A stretch of 64,000 nucleotides of DNA from Vicinamibacteria bacterium (GTDB lineage: Bacteria; Acidobacteriota; Vicinamibacteria; Marinacidobacterales; Marinacidobacteraceae), in NCBI GenBank assembly GCA_963668695.2, contig CAXXLQ010000004.1, positions 3,424,001 to 3,488,000 on the forward strand, given 5' to 3'. The notes below the pieces were generated by a model. The model saw nothing but the letters and a program-made list of their open reading frames with translations. It searched no databases and was not told the DNA's origin. Shown here in pieces: positions 28,780 through 39,733 of this stretch. The position numbers and the translations under genes were made by a program. The number at the start of each line of letters is the position of its first letter. Positions within the stretch are counted from its first letter, which is position 1.

Positions 28780-29989
28780 CGGAGGACTCCTGTTTCTTGC
28801 GTGGGGCTACGACCATGGTTCCCACCAGATCCCCCATGATGTTGGCCGTCGTGGTCGGCATGTCCACGAGGCGGTAGACGCCGGCCACCAGCACGCCGAT
28901 TTCCAGCGGCAGGCCGAAGGCGCTAAGAAGCAGAAACTGGTTCACGACCCCGCCGTTCGGAACGCCCGGAGCGGCGGCGGCGAGCAGCCCGCCGAGGGCG
29001 ATCAGGATCAGGATCTCCCCCACGCTGAAGGACACCCCGACCGTCTGGGCAGTGAACAGCACGATCCCGGACAGCAGCACCGCGCTGCCGTTCTTGTTGA
29101 ACTGGGCGCCGAGAGGCAGGGTGAGAGCATAGGTCGAGCGGGGCAACCCCATCTTCTCGGCGGCATTCAGCGAAGCGCCGAGGCTCGCGAGGCTGCTGCA
29201 GGTGGAGATCGTGGTCGTCCACACGGTCGCCGTTCGCCGCAGGAACGACAGCGGGGACGTTCCGGCGAGAAACCGCAGGACGGCGAAATAAAGAGCGAAG
29301 AGCGCGAGATGCGCGATCCAGATGGCACCAATATATACACCGAGCGGGCCGAAAATGGAGCTTCCGTATTCGCCGACGCTGGCGGCGGCAAGCGCCGCGA
29401 CCCCGAGCGGCCCGAACCACAGCACCCCGGCGACCAGTTGTCGGAGGAGGGCGGTCCCCGAAGCGAAAAACCGCGCGATGTCCGCGCGACGACCCTCGTC
29501 GAGACCCCACGCCGCGAAACCGACCATCAGGCCGAGCACCACCACGGCGGTAATCCGGTCGTCCACAAAAACCCCGAGGGCATTGTCGGGAACGAGCGCG
29601 AACAGGAAGTCCTCGAAACCGGGCACGGCCGCGGGCCCGGCTTCGCCGCCGCTCGCTGCCGAACGGGCCAGGCTCGCACCGGGACGCAGGAGGCCGACCA
29701 CGGTCAGTGAGATGAGGTGGGCCGCCACCGTCGTCGCAAGAAAGAAGGTGCCGATCCGCAGCATGAGCCCACTCACCCGTCCGGACGCTCCCGAAGACGC
29801 CAGCGCCGCGATGAGGTTGAAGAAGACCAGGGGAACGGCAACGAGCGTCAGCAGACGAATGAAGATGTCGCCGAGGAAGGCCACGCGGGTCGCGCTTTCA
29901 CCAAAGACCACTCCGGCGGCGGCGCCCACCCCCATGCCGATCAGCATCAGGTTGCCGAGCGACGGGAGGCGGCGGCGCGCGGCGGTCAT
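28766..29989 (-). CDS. Dicarboxylate/amino acid:cation symporter (DAACS)
   Basis: LGDIFIRLL....PLVF, STCSSLASL, LPLGA.FN.NG and R..DM..T..N..GD motifs. Confidence 0.92.
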   Translation of the reverse strand: MTAARRRLPSLGNLMLIGMGVGAAAGVVFGESATRVAFLGDIFIRLLTLVAVPLVFFNLIAALASSGASGRVSGLMLRIGTFFLATTVAAHLISLTVVGLLRPGASLARSAASGGEAGPAAVPGFEDFLFALVPDNALGVFVDDRITAVVVLGLMVGFAAWGLDEGRRADIARFFASGTALLRQLVAGVLWFGPLGVAALAAASVGEYGSSIFGPLGVYIGAIWIAHLALFALYFAVLRFLAGTSPLSFLRRTATVWTTTISTCSSLASLGASLNAAEKMGLPRSTYALTLPLGAQFNKNGSAVLLSGIVLFTAQTVGVSFSVGEILILIALGGLLAAAAPGVPNGGVVNQFLLLSAFGLPLEIGVLVAGVYRLVDMPTTTANIMGDLVGTMVVAPRKKQESSGVPS

Positions 29990-30103
29990 GGCCGCACCGT
30001 ATCAGCGGATGCTGTCGATTCGGCGGGGGAAGTCGGCGCGCTCCCGTATCATCCGGCTCCGCGCGGCCGCGCATCGCGGGTCGCCAACCCAAGGAGTCAG
30101 TCC

Positions 30104-32533
30104 ATGAGTCTTCGCGCCCTTCGCTTTCCCCTGCTGCTTCCCCTGCTGCTGGCCGTCGGCAGCCTCCTCGCCGCCGCCGCTGCGGCCCAGGACGAAACCC
30201 GCCAGGTGAACGGCCTGAGCGCCCCGGCCGAAGTCCTCACCGATCGCTGGGGGCTCGACCACATCTACGCCGACAGCGAGGAAGACCTGTTCTTCATCCA
30301 GGGCTACCGCGCCGCCGAGAACCGCCTGTTCCAATTCGAAATGTGGCGGCGGCAGGCGACGGGAACCGTCGCGGCCATTCTGGGGCCTTCGGAACTCCAG
30401 CGGGACATCGGAATCCGACTCCACATGTTCCGGAAGGACATGGGGGAGGAGATGCGCTGGTACCACCCGCAGGGGGACAAGATCATCCCGGCGTTCGTCC
30501 GCGGCATCAACGCCGCGGTGGAACGCGCCCGGCAAGACCCCGATTCCCTGCCCCTCGAATTCCGACTGCTGGGCATCCTCCCCGAGCCCTGGACCGAGGA
30601 AGTCGTGATCTCCCGCCACCAGGGCCTCCTCTCGAACGTAACCCAGGAGCTGAACTACGGGATGGCGGTCGCCGCGATGGGGGCCGAGGCGCTGATGGAC
30701 ATCGACTGGTTCCGTCCCGGCGTGCCCCAACTCGAACTCGACCCGGCGATTGACGGGTCGCTCCTGAAGCGCGAAATCCTGGACATCTATCGCGCTTTCC
30801 GGGGCCCGGTGATCTTCAAGCCGGAGCAGATCGCCGCCGAGTACCGGAACGAGGACGCCGAACGGCTCGCACTCCTTCGGGAAATCCCTTCCGAACTGAG
30901 TCTGGTGGACCTCGGCGAACATATCGGCTCGAACAACTGGGTGGCGCACGGCGAGCGGACCTGGACCGGCCTTCCGCTCATCGTGAACGATCCGCACCGC
31001 ACCATCGTCGCGCCCTCGCTCCGCTATTTCGTCCATCTGGAGGCGCCGGGCTGGAGCGTCATCGGCGGCGGCGAACCGGTCCTTCCGGGTCTCTCCATTG
31101 GACATAACGAGAAGGGCGGCTGGGGACTGACGGTCTTCGGACAAGACAACGAAGACCTGATGGTCTACGACACCAACCCGAGCGACCCGAACCAGTACCG
31201 CTACCTCGGGGAATGGGAGTCCATGACCGTCCGCACCGAGGCCATCGAGGTCAAGGGAGCGGCCGACCACGAAGCGACGCTGAAATACACCCGCCACGGC
31301 CCGGTGCTGTACGAAGACGCGGAGAACAACAAGGCCTATGCGCTGCGCGCCGCCTGGCTCGAAATCGGGAATTCTCCCTACCTCGCCAGCCTGCGGATGG
31401 ACCAGGCCCAGACCTGGGAGGAATTCGTCGAGGCCAACAATTACAGCGGCATTCCGGCCGAGAACATGATCTGGGGCGACGTGGACGGGAACATCGGCTA
31501 CCAGGCGGTGGGCATCTCCCCGATCCGGAGCGCCAAGTGGAGCGGTCTGGTCCCGGTACCCGGCGACGGACGCTACGAGTGGTCGGGGTACCTCCCGATC
31601 AAGGCGCTCCCCTCGGTGAAGAACCCCGAAAAGGGCTTCTGGGGCACCGCGAACAACCTCATGGCGCCCGCGGTGGCCTCGCACTATCCGCATCCGGAAG
31701 CGCTCCACTTCACGTGGGGCGACGAAATACGGGCCCTCCGGGTGGACGAGCTGATGCGGAACGGCCGGCGCCACACCGTCCAGGACATGATGGCCTACCA
31801 GCACGACGAGCTCAGTGTGGTGGCGCGAAACCTTGTCCCGCTGCTGATGCTCGCCGAGCCGCCGGAGAGCCCGGCAAAGGCCGCGCTGGCCGATTGGGAC
31901 TTCGTCATGGACAAGGCGTCGGTGGCGGCGACCATCTATCTGCACTTCGAACGGCGGGTTTCGGAGGCGATGCGGGAGCGCTTCATCCCCGAAGCGGCCC
32001 GCGGGCTGCTCCGGGGCGTCAACAAAAAGCGGATGTTCGACCACCTGCTGGCTCCCGACGGCCGTTTCGGGGACAACCCGATAGACACCCGGGACGAGTT
32101 GCTCCTCAAAGCCTTCGCCGATGGGGTCCAGGACGTGACCGAGCGGCTCGGATCCGACATGGCGGATTGGCGCTATGGGCAGACCGCCATGAAGTACGTC
32201 CACATCACGAACTACATGGCTCGGGCGGTGAACGAGGAGACCCGCCAATTGCTCGAAGTCGGCCCCTATCCGCGCGGCGGCTACGAATCCACCGTGCACA
32301 ACACCAGCGGCAACGACAACCAGGGCTCGGGCGGCAGTTTCCGGGTGATCCTGGACCCGTCGAACTGGGACAACTCGATCGCGACGAGCGCTCCCGGACA
32401 GTCCGGTGACCCGATGAACCCCCACTACCGTGATCTCTTCGAACTCTGGGTCCGCCATCAGTACTTCCCGCTCGCCTATACCCGGGCGAGGGTGGAATCG
32501 GTCACCGAACACCGCCTGATGCTGAACCCGTAG
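30104..32533 (+). CDS. Penicillin acylase family Ntn-hydrolase
   Basis: D.WG..HIYA, GSNNW (beta-chain Ser), NDPH, TRHGP and PGQSG motifs. AAGGAG RBS and signal peptide. Confidence 0.95.
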   Translation: MSLRALRFPLLLPLLLAVGSLLAAAAAAQDETRQVNGLSAPAEVLTDRWGLDHIYADSEEDLFFIQGYRAAENRLFQFEMWRRQATGTVAAILGPSELQRDIGIRLHMFRKDMGEEMRWYHPQGDKIIPAFVRGINAAVERARQDPDSLPLEFRLLGILPEPWTEEVVISRHQGLLSNVTQELNYGMAVAAMGAEALMDIDWFRPGVPQLELDPAIDGSLLKREILDIYRAFRGPVIFKPEQIAAEYRNEDAERLALLREIPSELSLVDLGEHIGSNNWVAHGERTWTGLPLIVNDPHRTIVAPSLRYFVHLEAPGWSVIGGGEPVLPGLSIGHNEKGGWGLTVFGQDNEDLMVYDTNPSDPNQYRYLGEWESMTVRTEAIEVKGAADHEATLKYTRHGPVLYEDAENNKAYALRAAWLEIGNSPYLASLRMDQAQTWEEFVEANNYSGIPAENMIWGDVDGNIGYQAVGISPIRSAKWSGLVPVPGDGRYEWSGYLPIKALPSVKNPEKGFWGTANNLMAPAVASHYPHPEALHFTWGDEIRALRVDELMRNGRRHTVQDMMAYQHDELSVVARNLVPLLMLAEPPESPAKAALADWDFVMDKASVAATIYLHFERRVSEAMRERFIPEAARGLLRGVNKKRMFDHLLAPDGRFGDNPIDTRDELLLKAFADGVQDVTERLGSDMADWRYGQTAMKYVHITNYMARAVNEETRQLLEVGPYPRGGYESTVHNTSGNDNQGSGGSFRVILDPSNWDNSIATSAPGQSGDPMNPHYRDLFELWVRHQYFPLAYTRARVESVTEHRLMLNP

Positions 32534-32698
32534 GGAGGACGCAATGGATCAACCCGCCGTCATATGGTCAGCCTGTCAGAGCACTCTCAGAACCTCATCA
32601 CGCGGATCACAACCGCACCCTCGACGCGACAACACGACGCCGCCTCCGACCAGAAACCGCACGAGGTAGCGACGAGAGTCCGGCGTACAATTCCGGCC

Positions 32699-34267
32699 AT
32701 GCTGCTGCGAATACCCTCTCACGGAACAGGCACCAATGGCCGTAGAGCGGCTACGAGGCAGCCCTACGCCATAGTCGTCGGGCTGACGGTTGTTTCAGCT
32801 TGCGCGCCCAAGGTTGCGCAGCTCCCGCCGACTCCGGCCCCAACACAGCTTCAGCAGCTTTCATGCGAGGAATTCACACATGTGCTCACAGAAGGATCGC
32901 TCGCACGCGCTATCGCCGTCATGCCGTCATACGCCGACATCGAAATTGCTGACGGTGTCGCGGAGCAAGATGCGGTAGACACACCCAACCTTCAATGCGC
33001 GTCTGATGACTCGTTTTGCAACGGATTCGTCAATGGCCTTCTGATCGGCGCTCCTCTTGCCGCCGCAAACAGGATCGAACGCGCCGCGCGGCTTCGCGAA
33101 CTCCGATTCGGAGTCGAGCGCGCGGTACTCCGCGGCGTCAATACTCAATGCAAGTATGAAGCCGCCCTGGACGCACTCGGCGGGATCGTGGACCCGTCGT
33201 TGGATGCGATGACGCTCAGCCAACTGGCGAATTCTTACGCGCCGACGTCACCTGTTTCCCCGTCACCCGGGGTATCTTCTCCTTCTGTTGTGAGTCTGCC
33301 TCGCCGTTCTGAGCCAGGTATTGACGGAAGTCGCACCAGGAACGCCCCGACGGATGTGCGCCTGGCACCGAGTCCCGACGCTGTTGTTACGAGCCTTCAG
33401 GAGCTGATGCGGATGGAAGGATTCGATACGACCGGACTAGACAGACTGTCGCGCCAGGAACTCACGTATTTCCGTGAATGGGTACTCGACTTCGTGGCAG
33501 CTCTCAGCCTTTCTGAGGCGAGTGCCTGCTCGCCAACGAGCAAGAGCACCATAGCCGATTCGTTCTCGGGCTGGGATAGCGACACGATCATACAGATGAC
33601 GAACGGTGAAGTATGGCAGCAAGATTCGCAGGCGTACAGCAATGGGTTCAGGTATAGGCCAGAGGCTATTGTGTTCTCGCTACACGGAGAATGCGTCATG
33701 CTTGTTGAAGGAACGGATGAAGCAGTTGCAGTAGTTGCAATTGGCCGGGATGGCGAGGATCCTGCCGAACGCGATGTTCTCACAAGGCCACACCGTCGTC
33801 TTATCCTGGCGTCGGCGCAGCGCGTAGCCAACATGTCTCCCTCCGTGCATGCAGTTCGCCCCCTCAGCGACTTGTTCTTTGGGATTGCGGACGAATACGT
33901 GAATGTCACTCACGCCCTGGTCGGTAGTGGCAGATTCGACGCCTTTGGATTAGAAAGACTGACGCCGAGCGAGCTTCTTCCTGTCGACATGTGGCTGTAC
34001 TACGTCGCCGTCGCGACCCTTCGAGTGCGCTCGGATAGGGGAGGCTGTTCGCCGGCATTCCAAGGCAGCATCCAAGGGTTCTTTGATGGCTGGAACGGAG
34101 AAACTGTCATCGAGTTGGCGAGCAGACAGGCATGGGAGCAGTCGTCGTTTCACATCAACTTTCGTCATCTCCCCAACCCCGATGTCTACGTGTTTTCGTT
34201 GGATGGAAGCTGCAAGATGTTTGTAGAGGGTACTGATCAGCCTGTGAGTGTCGAACAGCTTCGCTAA
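32699..34267 (+). CDS. Hypothetical lipoprotein with duplicated C-terminal module
   Basis: Lipobox VSAC and two copies of [GL..L...EL...W]-[F.GW...T.I.....W.Q...M.VEGTD..V.V]. Lower GC than the flanks. Confidence 0.7.
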   Translation: MLLRIPSHGTGTNGRRAATRQPYAIVVGLTVVSACAPKVAQLPPTPAPTQLQQLSCEEFTHVLTEGSLARAIAVMPSYADIEIADGVAEQDAVDTPNLQCASDDSFCNGFVNGLLIGAPLAAANRIERAARLRELRFGVERAVLRGVNTQCKYEAALDALGGIVDPSLDAMTLSQLANSYAPTSPVSPSPGVSSPSVVSLPRRSEPGIDGSRTRNAPTDVRLAPSPDAVVTSLQELMRMEGFDTTGLDRLSRQELTYFREWVLDFVAALSLSEASACSPTSKSTIADSFSGWDSDTIIQMTNGEVWQQDSQAYSNGFRYRPEAIVFSLHGECVMLVEGTDEAVAVVAIGRDGEDPAERDVLTRPHRRLILASAQRVANMSPSVHAVRPLSDLFFGIADEYVNVTHALVGSGRFDAFGLERLTPSELLPVDMWLYYVAVATLRVRSDRGGCSPAFQGSIQGFFDGWNGETVIELASRQAWEQSSFHINFRHLPNPDVYVFSLDGSCKMFVEGTDQPVSVEQLR

Positions 34268-34532
34268 CTCGGATGCGCTAGGCTCGTTTCTCGCAGGTCC
34301 ATGGCCCCTCGCCGTGTCCGCAGGGTAATCGGCAGTGATCAATCCTCCGTGACCTCTCGAAAGCGACCGGCAATGTAACGACGGGTGATGGTGACGCAAC
34401 GCTGACCGACGGCGAGGATCTCGTCATCGACCCGCTTTCAGTCTCCCGGCCACCGAAACTGCAAGAGGTTGGAAACTGTGCTCGGCAACCACGTTTCGGG
34501 CGCAGTGCCGGATTTCGTCCAGAGCTGCGCCG

Positions 34533-34961
34533 TTATCCCAAATCGCCTCCGCCGGAGGGCGCGGGAGTTGGGTGGTCGGCACCGTATCTCTCGATAAAGC
34601 CCAGACGTTCCATCCGCCCAAAGTCGCGGTCAAGGGACCACAGCGGCATACCGCGTTCCGCCGCGATGGCTGCGATCAGAAGGTCACCGACCCCAAACCG
34701 GTGGCCCCGCGCAGCGGCGACGCGGACCCAACGATCCATGCGTCCCCAGGTTGCCTCGGTAGGCAGCAGAACCGGCAGGCCGGACAGCGCCCGTCGCAGG
34801 CGAGGCTCCTGGGCGCGGGACACTCCGCTCAACAGCTCAACGCGTACCGGAATCGGCAAGGCGATCTCGTCATCGTCCAGCAGTCTGTCCAGGAGCCGAC
34901 CCTCCGCCGAGTCGCGGTCGCGGAGCGCCGCAATCCACACCGAGGTGTCGGCGCAGATCAT
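34533..34961 (-). CDS. vapC: VapC PIN-domain toxin
   Basis: ADTSVWI, ELLSG, DLLIAA.A and LWSLD.DF motifs. Confidence 0.92.
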   Translation of the reverse strand: MICADTSVWIAALRDRDSAEGRLLDRLLDDDEIALPIPVRVELLSGVSRAQEPRLRRALSGLPVLLPTEATWGRMDRWVRVAAARGHRFGVGDLLIAAIAAERGMPLWSLDRDFGRMERLGFIERYGADHPTPAPSGGGDLG

Positions 34962-35158
34962 TGCCGCGGACGACGCCGCGATTTCGGAACATCCACGTCG
35001 AGAATGACGGTTCCGAGCAGTTCCCTGAGCTCCTTGATCCGCTTACGGCGGATGAGGTCCCGCAGGGACTGCACCACCGTATCTGTCTTCGATTTGAAGC
35101 CGAGCAGTCGCTGGGCCTCGTTCACCAGTTCAGGGGGGAGGTCGAGCGTGGTCCGCAT
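34958..35158 (-). CDS. vapB: VapB-type antitoxin (DUF2191-like)
   Basis: MRTTLDL...L..EA....G.K.KT..V...L motif. ATGA overlap with the toxin. Confidence 0.9.
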   Translation of the reverse strand: MRTTLDLPPELVNEAQRLLGFKSKTDTVVQSLRDLIRRKRIKELRELLGTVILDVDVPKSRRRPRQ

Positions 35159-35313
35159 AAAGAAAGCATACTCTTTTGTGCCTGGATACGCATCATCAAG
35201 GACACATTGCTATGAGTCCACCCCTCCCAACCGGCGCCGAGCTGTGGCGCCGGACGGCTTTGGAGCGGCGAGGGCGCAGACCCTCGGATCGTTCCGGCTA
35301 GCCTTCCCGCCGC

Positions 35314-37418
35314 ATGACGGTTAGCGGCGATTCACCTTCCGGGCCGCCGCGCGTGCCCGGCCGCACCGTCTCCTACGAGAAGTTCGGGCGGCGCTGGACC
35401 GATCCCTGGGCCTGGATCCGGGATCGCGACGACCCCGAGGTTCTCCGCCACCTGGAGGCGGAGAACGCCTGGACCGAGCGGAGCCTCGCGCGCTGGTCGG
35501 GCCTACGGGACACCGTGCTCGACGAAATGAAGGCCCGGATCGTCCCGGATACCGCGTCCCCGCCGGTGCGCCACGGACCCTTCGTCTATCTCTCCCGGTA
35601 TCGGCGCGGCGAGGAATACCCGGTTTTCTGCCGCCGCCCGGCCGGACGGGGAGGTCGTCGACCCGGCCGGGAAGAACTCCTGCTCGATGGAAACCAATTG
35701 GCGCGCGAAGCGCACGGGGACGCCGCGGACGGCTATTTCTCGATCGGCGCCCTGGAGATCTCGCCGAACCACGAGATCCTCGCCTTCGCTACCGATACGG
35801 TGGGAAGGCGCATCTACGAGTTCCGCTTTCTGGACACCCGGACCGGCGAAGTGCTGCCCGACCGGATCGAGGGCGCCGCACCGAATCTCGTGTGGGCTCG
35901 CGCGGGCGACGCGGTGCTGTACACGCAACTCGACCCGGAAACGCTGCGCTGGAACCGCGTGATGCTGCACCGGCTCGGCGATCCGCCGGGGCGGGACCGG
36001 CTGGTGTACGAAGAAACCGACGAGACCTTCTGGGTGGCAGCCCACGAGAGCCGTTCGCGGGAGTTCGTGCTCCTCACCTGCGAGCAGACCGACCGCGCGG
36101 AAGCCTGGGCCATTCCGAGCGGCGAACCGGACGCCGCTCCCCGGCGGCTCATTCCGAGGGGCGGGCCACACGAGTTCGAGCTGGACCATTTCCGGGGCCG
36201 TTTCCTGATCCGCACGAACCGCGGCGCCCCCGACTTCCGGCTGGTCACCGCCAGCGAAGCCGATCCGGGAGCGGAAGCGGCTTGGGAAGATCTGGTCCCG
36301 GCGCGGGAAGGCATCCAGCTCGAGGGCTTCGAGCTCTTCGAGACACATCTCGCGCTCTTCGAACGGCGCGCCGGCCGCCAGGAACTTCGCCTGCTGGACT
36401 GGGAAAGCGGCGACACCCGGCAGGTGCCGCTTCCGGGACTGGTGCGGGCGCTGGACGAGGAGAACAATCCGGAACCCGGGGCGGGCGAGGTGCGCGTCGT
36501 GGTGAGCACGCCGAAGACGCCCACCACCACGCTCGCCGTTTCACTCGCGACCGGCCGGCGCCGCACGCTGAAGCGGGAAGAGGTTCCCGGCTTCCGCTCG
36601 GCGGACTACCGGGTTCGCCGTCTCGCGGCCCGGGCGCGGGATGGGGCGCGGATTCCGATTTCGCTGGTGCATCACCGGGATCATCCGCCGGGAGCGGCGT
36701 CCCCCCTCCTGCTCTACGGCTATGGGGCCTACGGAATTTGTATGGACCCCGCCTTCTCCAAAGCGCGCTTCAGCCTTCTGGACCGTGGTTTCTCGTTCGC
36801 GATCGCCCACATCCGGGGCGGGCAGGAGCTGGGGCGCGCGTGGTACGAGGCTGGCCGCCAGGAAAGCAAGACCAACACCTTCCACGACTTTATCGCCTGT
36901 GCCCGCCACCTGCGAAATCGCCGGATGTGCGACCCGGAGCGCCTCTACGCGATGGGAGGGAGCGCCGGCGGGCTCCTGATGGGCGCGGTCGTGAACGAAG
37001 CGCCGGAACTCTTCGCCGGAGTGGTGGCGATGGTCCCCTTCGTGGACGTGCTCAACACCATGCTCGACCCGGACATCCCGCTCACCACCGCGGAATACGA
37101 CGAGTGGGGCGATCCCAACCAGGAAGAGTTCTTCAAACTGCTCGCGAGCTACGCCCCCTTCGAAAACGTCCCGGCGGCCCCCTGCCCCACCTGCTGGTCA
37201 CCAGCGGGCTCCACGATTCCCAGGTGCAGTTCTGGGAGCCCACGAAATGGGTCCAGCGCCTCCGGGCGCGCAACACCCATCCCGATCGGCTGATCCTGCT
37301 GCGTACCAACATGGATGCGGGACACGGAGGCCGCTCCGGGAGGTACCGCGGACTTGAGGAAATCGCCGAGATCTACGCGTTTCTGATCGGGCTCAGCGCT
37401 ACGGGAAGCCCGGACTGA
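35314..37418 (+). CDS. ptrB: Oligopeptidase B (S9A) with one apparent frameshift at ~37180
   Basis: GYGAYG, HIRGG.E.G..WY, GGSAGG and VPFVDV in the first frame. HDSQV..WEP.KW and GHGG.SGR are in the shifted frame. Confidence 0.88.
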
Positions 37419-37419
37419 G

Positions 37420-38964
37420 TCAGTCGCCGTCTACCGGCGGGAGGAGCGCAACCGTTCCGGTCTCTTCCTCGCGGGCGCCGGCGACGGCCTGCTCCATAGC
37501 AGCGATCTCCGCGTCACTGAGCTCTTCGAAGAGGCCACGTTTCGCCGCCGAGAGCCGTCCCTGGTTCTGCATCACAAGCCGGACGAACAGGGAGAGACGG
37601 CGATCCGGCATGTCCACGATCTCCCGCGCCGCTTCCGAAGCACGAGTGAAGACCGCGACGAAACCCAGTTCGTCGCGGAGATCCCGGCGGATCGTCTCGG
37701 CGATGCGGTCGTAGAGATACTCGGCGAAGGCGGTGGCGTCGAAGAAGCGGTAGAGGTCGGCGGTGTCGCCCTCCACCCGCACTTCCCGATCCGGTGTCCA
37801 GTCCCACGGGGTCAGGTGCAGGCGCGGTCGGGAGAAACTCTCCAACACGGCGTCGTAACCGGGCCGGTCGCGCAGGATCGCGGCGGATACGGGAAAGATC
37901 GCGCCCTCCGGACCGTAGCCGCGGCTCGCGAGTGCGTGGTGCAGCAGCCAGCGGTGAATGCGGCCGTTTCCGTCCTCGAAGGGGTGGACGAAGACGAACG
38001 CAAAGGAGGACACCGCCGCCGCCACGACCGGGTCCACCGCACTCTCCGCCAGGCGGCGGGCCAGAACCGCCCAACCCTCCATGAGCTTCGGGACGTCATC
38101 AGGCCGCGGGCCGATGAAGTGCACTTCCTCGCGGTAGCCGCCGACCGTCGAGCCGACAAAGATCTGTACGTCGCGCCAGTCGGCCGCCGCGTAGCGGGGG
38201 TCAACGATCCCGGCCTGGAGGTCGAGAAGCGCGGCCTTGTCGGTCGGATCGCGGCCGGGCGCCGTCCGCAGGGCCGCTACGAAACGCTCGGCACGGGTCG
38301 TGCTCGGAGTTTCTCCCTCGATCGCGAAAGAAGAGTGCGTTTCCTTGGTGTAAAGGTAGTTGACGGCGCGGATGAGGACCGAGGGTTCATACCGCGCGAC
38401 GAGCGTTCGGGCCTCGTCATCCAAACCCTGTTCCATGGCCGCGACCAGGCGGCGTGTCCGCCGGACCGTAGGGCAGAGACCGGGGCCGCCGAGCAGGTTG
38501 TCCGCGACCCGGTGCCGCCGCGAGCGGCGCGGCGCGGCCACGAAGTGCCGGGCGGGGTCGAGAGCCGCGACATAGTTCCCCGCCTTCCCGTCCTCAAGGT
38601 CCAGAGTTCGTCCAAGGAGAGTCTCGTACAGGAACCAGGCCCGGCGGCTGAAGGCGCCCGTGGGTTCGGCCCGGCCCCAGCTCTCGATGGTTTTCGGCCC
38701 GATCTCGCGGAAGGCGGCCGTGAGGACTCCGAGATCGAGGGGCTCGTGGCGGAGGGCGAAGCGCAGGTGGCCAATGACGGATCCGTCGGTGGCGTAGCGT
38801 CGGGGATAGGACTCGAACGTCCTCCCTCCCTCGGTTTCCGTGCGGCGGGCACCGGCGACGAGACGACTCTCGGTAGCCGCCGGGGGGACCCGGAGAGCGA
38901 GCTCCTGGTGCAGCCAAGCCTGGCCGAGGGGGCTTTCACCGAGTCTTGAGGAGTGGGGGGGCAT
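37420..38964 (-). CDS. Fic-family protein
   Basis: Canonical HPFEDGNGRIHR motif, plus ET.SSFAIEGE. Confidence 0.93.
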   Translation of the reverse strand: MPPHSSRLGESPLGQAWLHQELALRVPPAATESRLVAGARRTETEGGRTFESYPRRYATDGSVIGHLRFALRHEPLDLGVLTAAFREIGPKTIESWGRAEPTGAFSRRAWFLYETLLGRTLDLEDGKAGNYVAALDPARHFVAAPRRSRRHRVADNLLGGPGLCPTVRRTRRLVAAMEQGLDDEARTLVARYEPSVLIRAVNYLYTKETHSSFAIEGETPSTTRAERFVAALRTAPGRDPTDKAALLDLQAGIVDPRYAAADWRDVQIFVGSTVGGYREEVHFIGPRPDDVPKLMEGWAVLARRLAESAVDPVVAAAVSSFAFVFVHPFEDGNGRIHRWLLHHALASRGYGPEGAIFPVSAAILRDRPGYDAVLESFSRPRLHLTPWDWTPDREVRVEGDTADLYRFFDATAFAEYLYDRIAETIRRDLRDELGFVAVFTRASEAAREIVDMPDRRLSLFVRLVMQNQGRLSAAKRGLFEELSDAEIAAMEQAVAGAREEETGTVALLPPVDGD

Positions 38965-39054
38965 GGAAGACTGGATCCATTGAGAGTGAGACGAAGGGTT
39001 GCCCTACGGGATCGCCACACGGTTTCGGGTTCCGTGAGAAAACGGGGACCGGGA

Positions 39055-39244
39055 TGGAGTTCCGATTAGATGATGGCTTGGACGTTGAAGAACATTTTCC
39101 CTTGACAGGAATGCCAAGTTGTCGCAAAACGATTTTCGACGTGGAATTCCGATTAGATTATCGCTTTGACGTTGAAAAGCAATTTCCCTTGACAGAAACG
39201 CCAAGTTGTCGCAAAACGATTTTCGGCATGGAATTCCGATTAGG
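39055..39244. repeat. AT-rich 87-bp tandem repeat (~2.2 copies)
   Basis: TGGArTTCCGATTAG recurs at 39055, 39142 and 39229. Confidence 0.9.
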
Positions 39245-39297
39245 AAACCCCTCTTGCATCCAATAGCGATTCTTCCTGACACCGCCGACCGCGCGCC

Positions 39298-39420
39298 ATA
39301 CGGGAAGTAGAGATCGTGCGGTTCGCTGCGCTGTCGCGCAGCGATGCCGGGCCCGACCGGGACATCCATGATCGGGTCCTCCTGCACACCCCGCCGGTCA
39401 GGAAAGTGCAGTTCGGGGAT
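39298..39420 (+). pseudogene. Decayed minimal nucleotidyltransferase (MNT antitoxin-like) fragment
   Basis: IREVEIVRFAALSRSDAGPDRDIHDRVLL resembles the FGS.ARG.A...SD.D.LV motif with key residues lost. Confidence 0.45.
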
Positions 39421-39547
39421 CTTGCAGGTGCCCAAGCCACCAGGCGGAGCGACGCGCAGCCACGGTCCCTTGCGGGCGCGTCACCTCCCGGGATGAGGAC
39501 AGTGCCGAGACGGGAACCATCCCGGTGTTCCTCGATACGCGACTCCG

Positions 39548-39692
39548 CCCGCCTGCGGCGGGCTGTGCCGACCGGAGGTCGGCGTTCCAAGCCGTCCCCG
39601 CGCTTCTTCGCGGTTGGCGTTACGCCGTCTCGCCCCGCTCCGCGGAGCGGTGCCGGTGTGAACGCCCCCACCGGGAGAACTGGCCGGCGTTC
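39548..39692 (-). repeat. Two family-2 REP-like hairpins, one interrupted by the 20-bp unit
   Basis: 39548-39588 reverse complement is GGAACGCCGACCTCCGGTCGGCACAGCCCGCCGCAGGCGGG. The 39630-39692 copy contains CCCCCACCGGGAGAACTGG. Confidence 0.7.
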
Positions 39693-39733
39693 GCTGACCA
39701 GCGCGCCATCCGCGCTGTCGGCGTCCCGGCGGG

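Noticed and set aside
30002-32512. Long antisense ORFs (836 aa here, also 60840-62873, 52224-53981 and others)
   Set aside because: These are mirror frames expected in high-GC3 coding DNA and have no recognisable motifs.
37170-37190. Programmed frameshift or true pseudogenisation of oligopeptidase B
   Set aside because: A single missing C in a C5 run restores an intact protein with all catalytic motifs. A homopolymer sequencing error is the simplest explanation, though unverified.
39055-39244. Mini-CRISPR
   Set aside because: The whole 87-bp unit is repeated, so there are no unique spacers.
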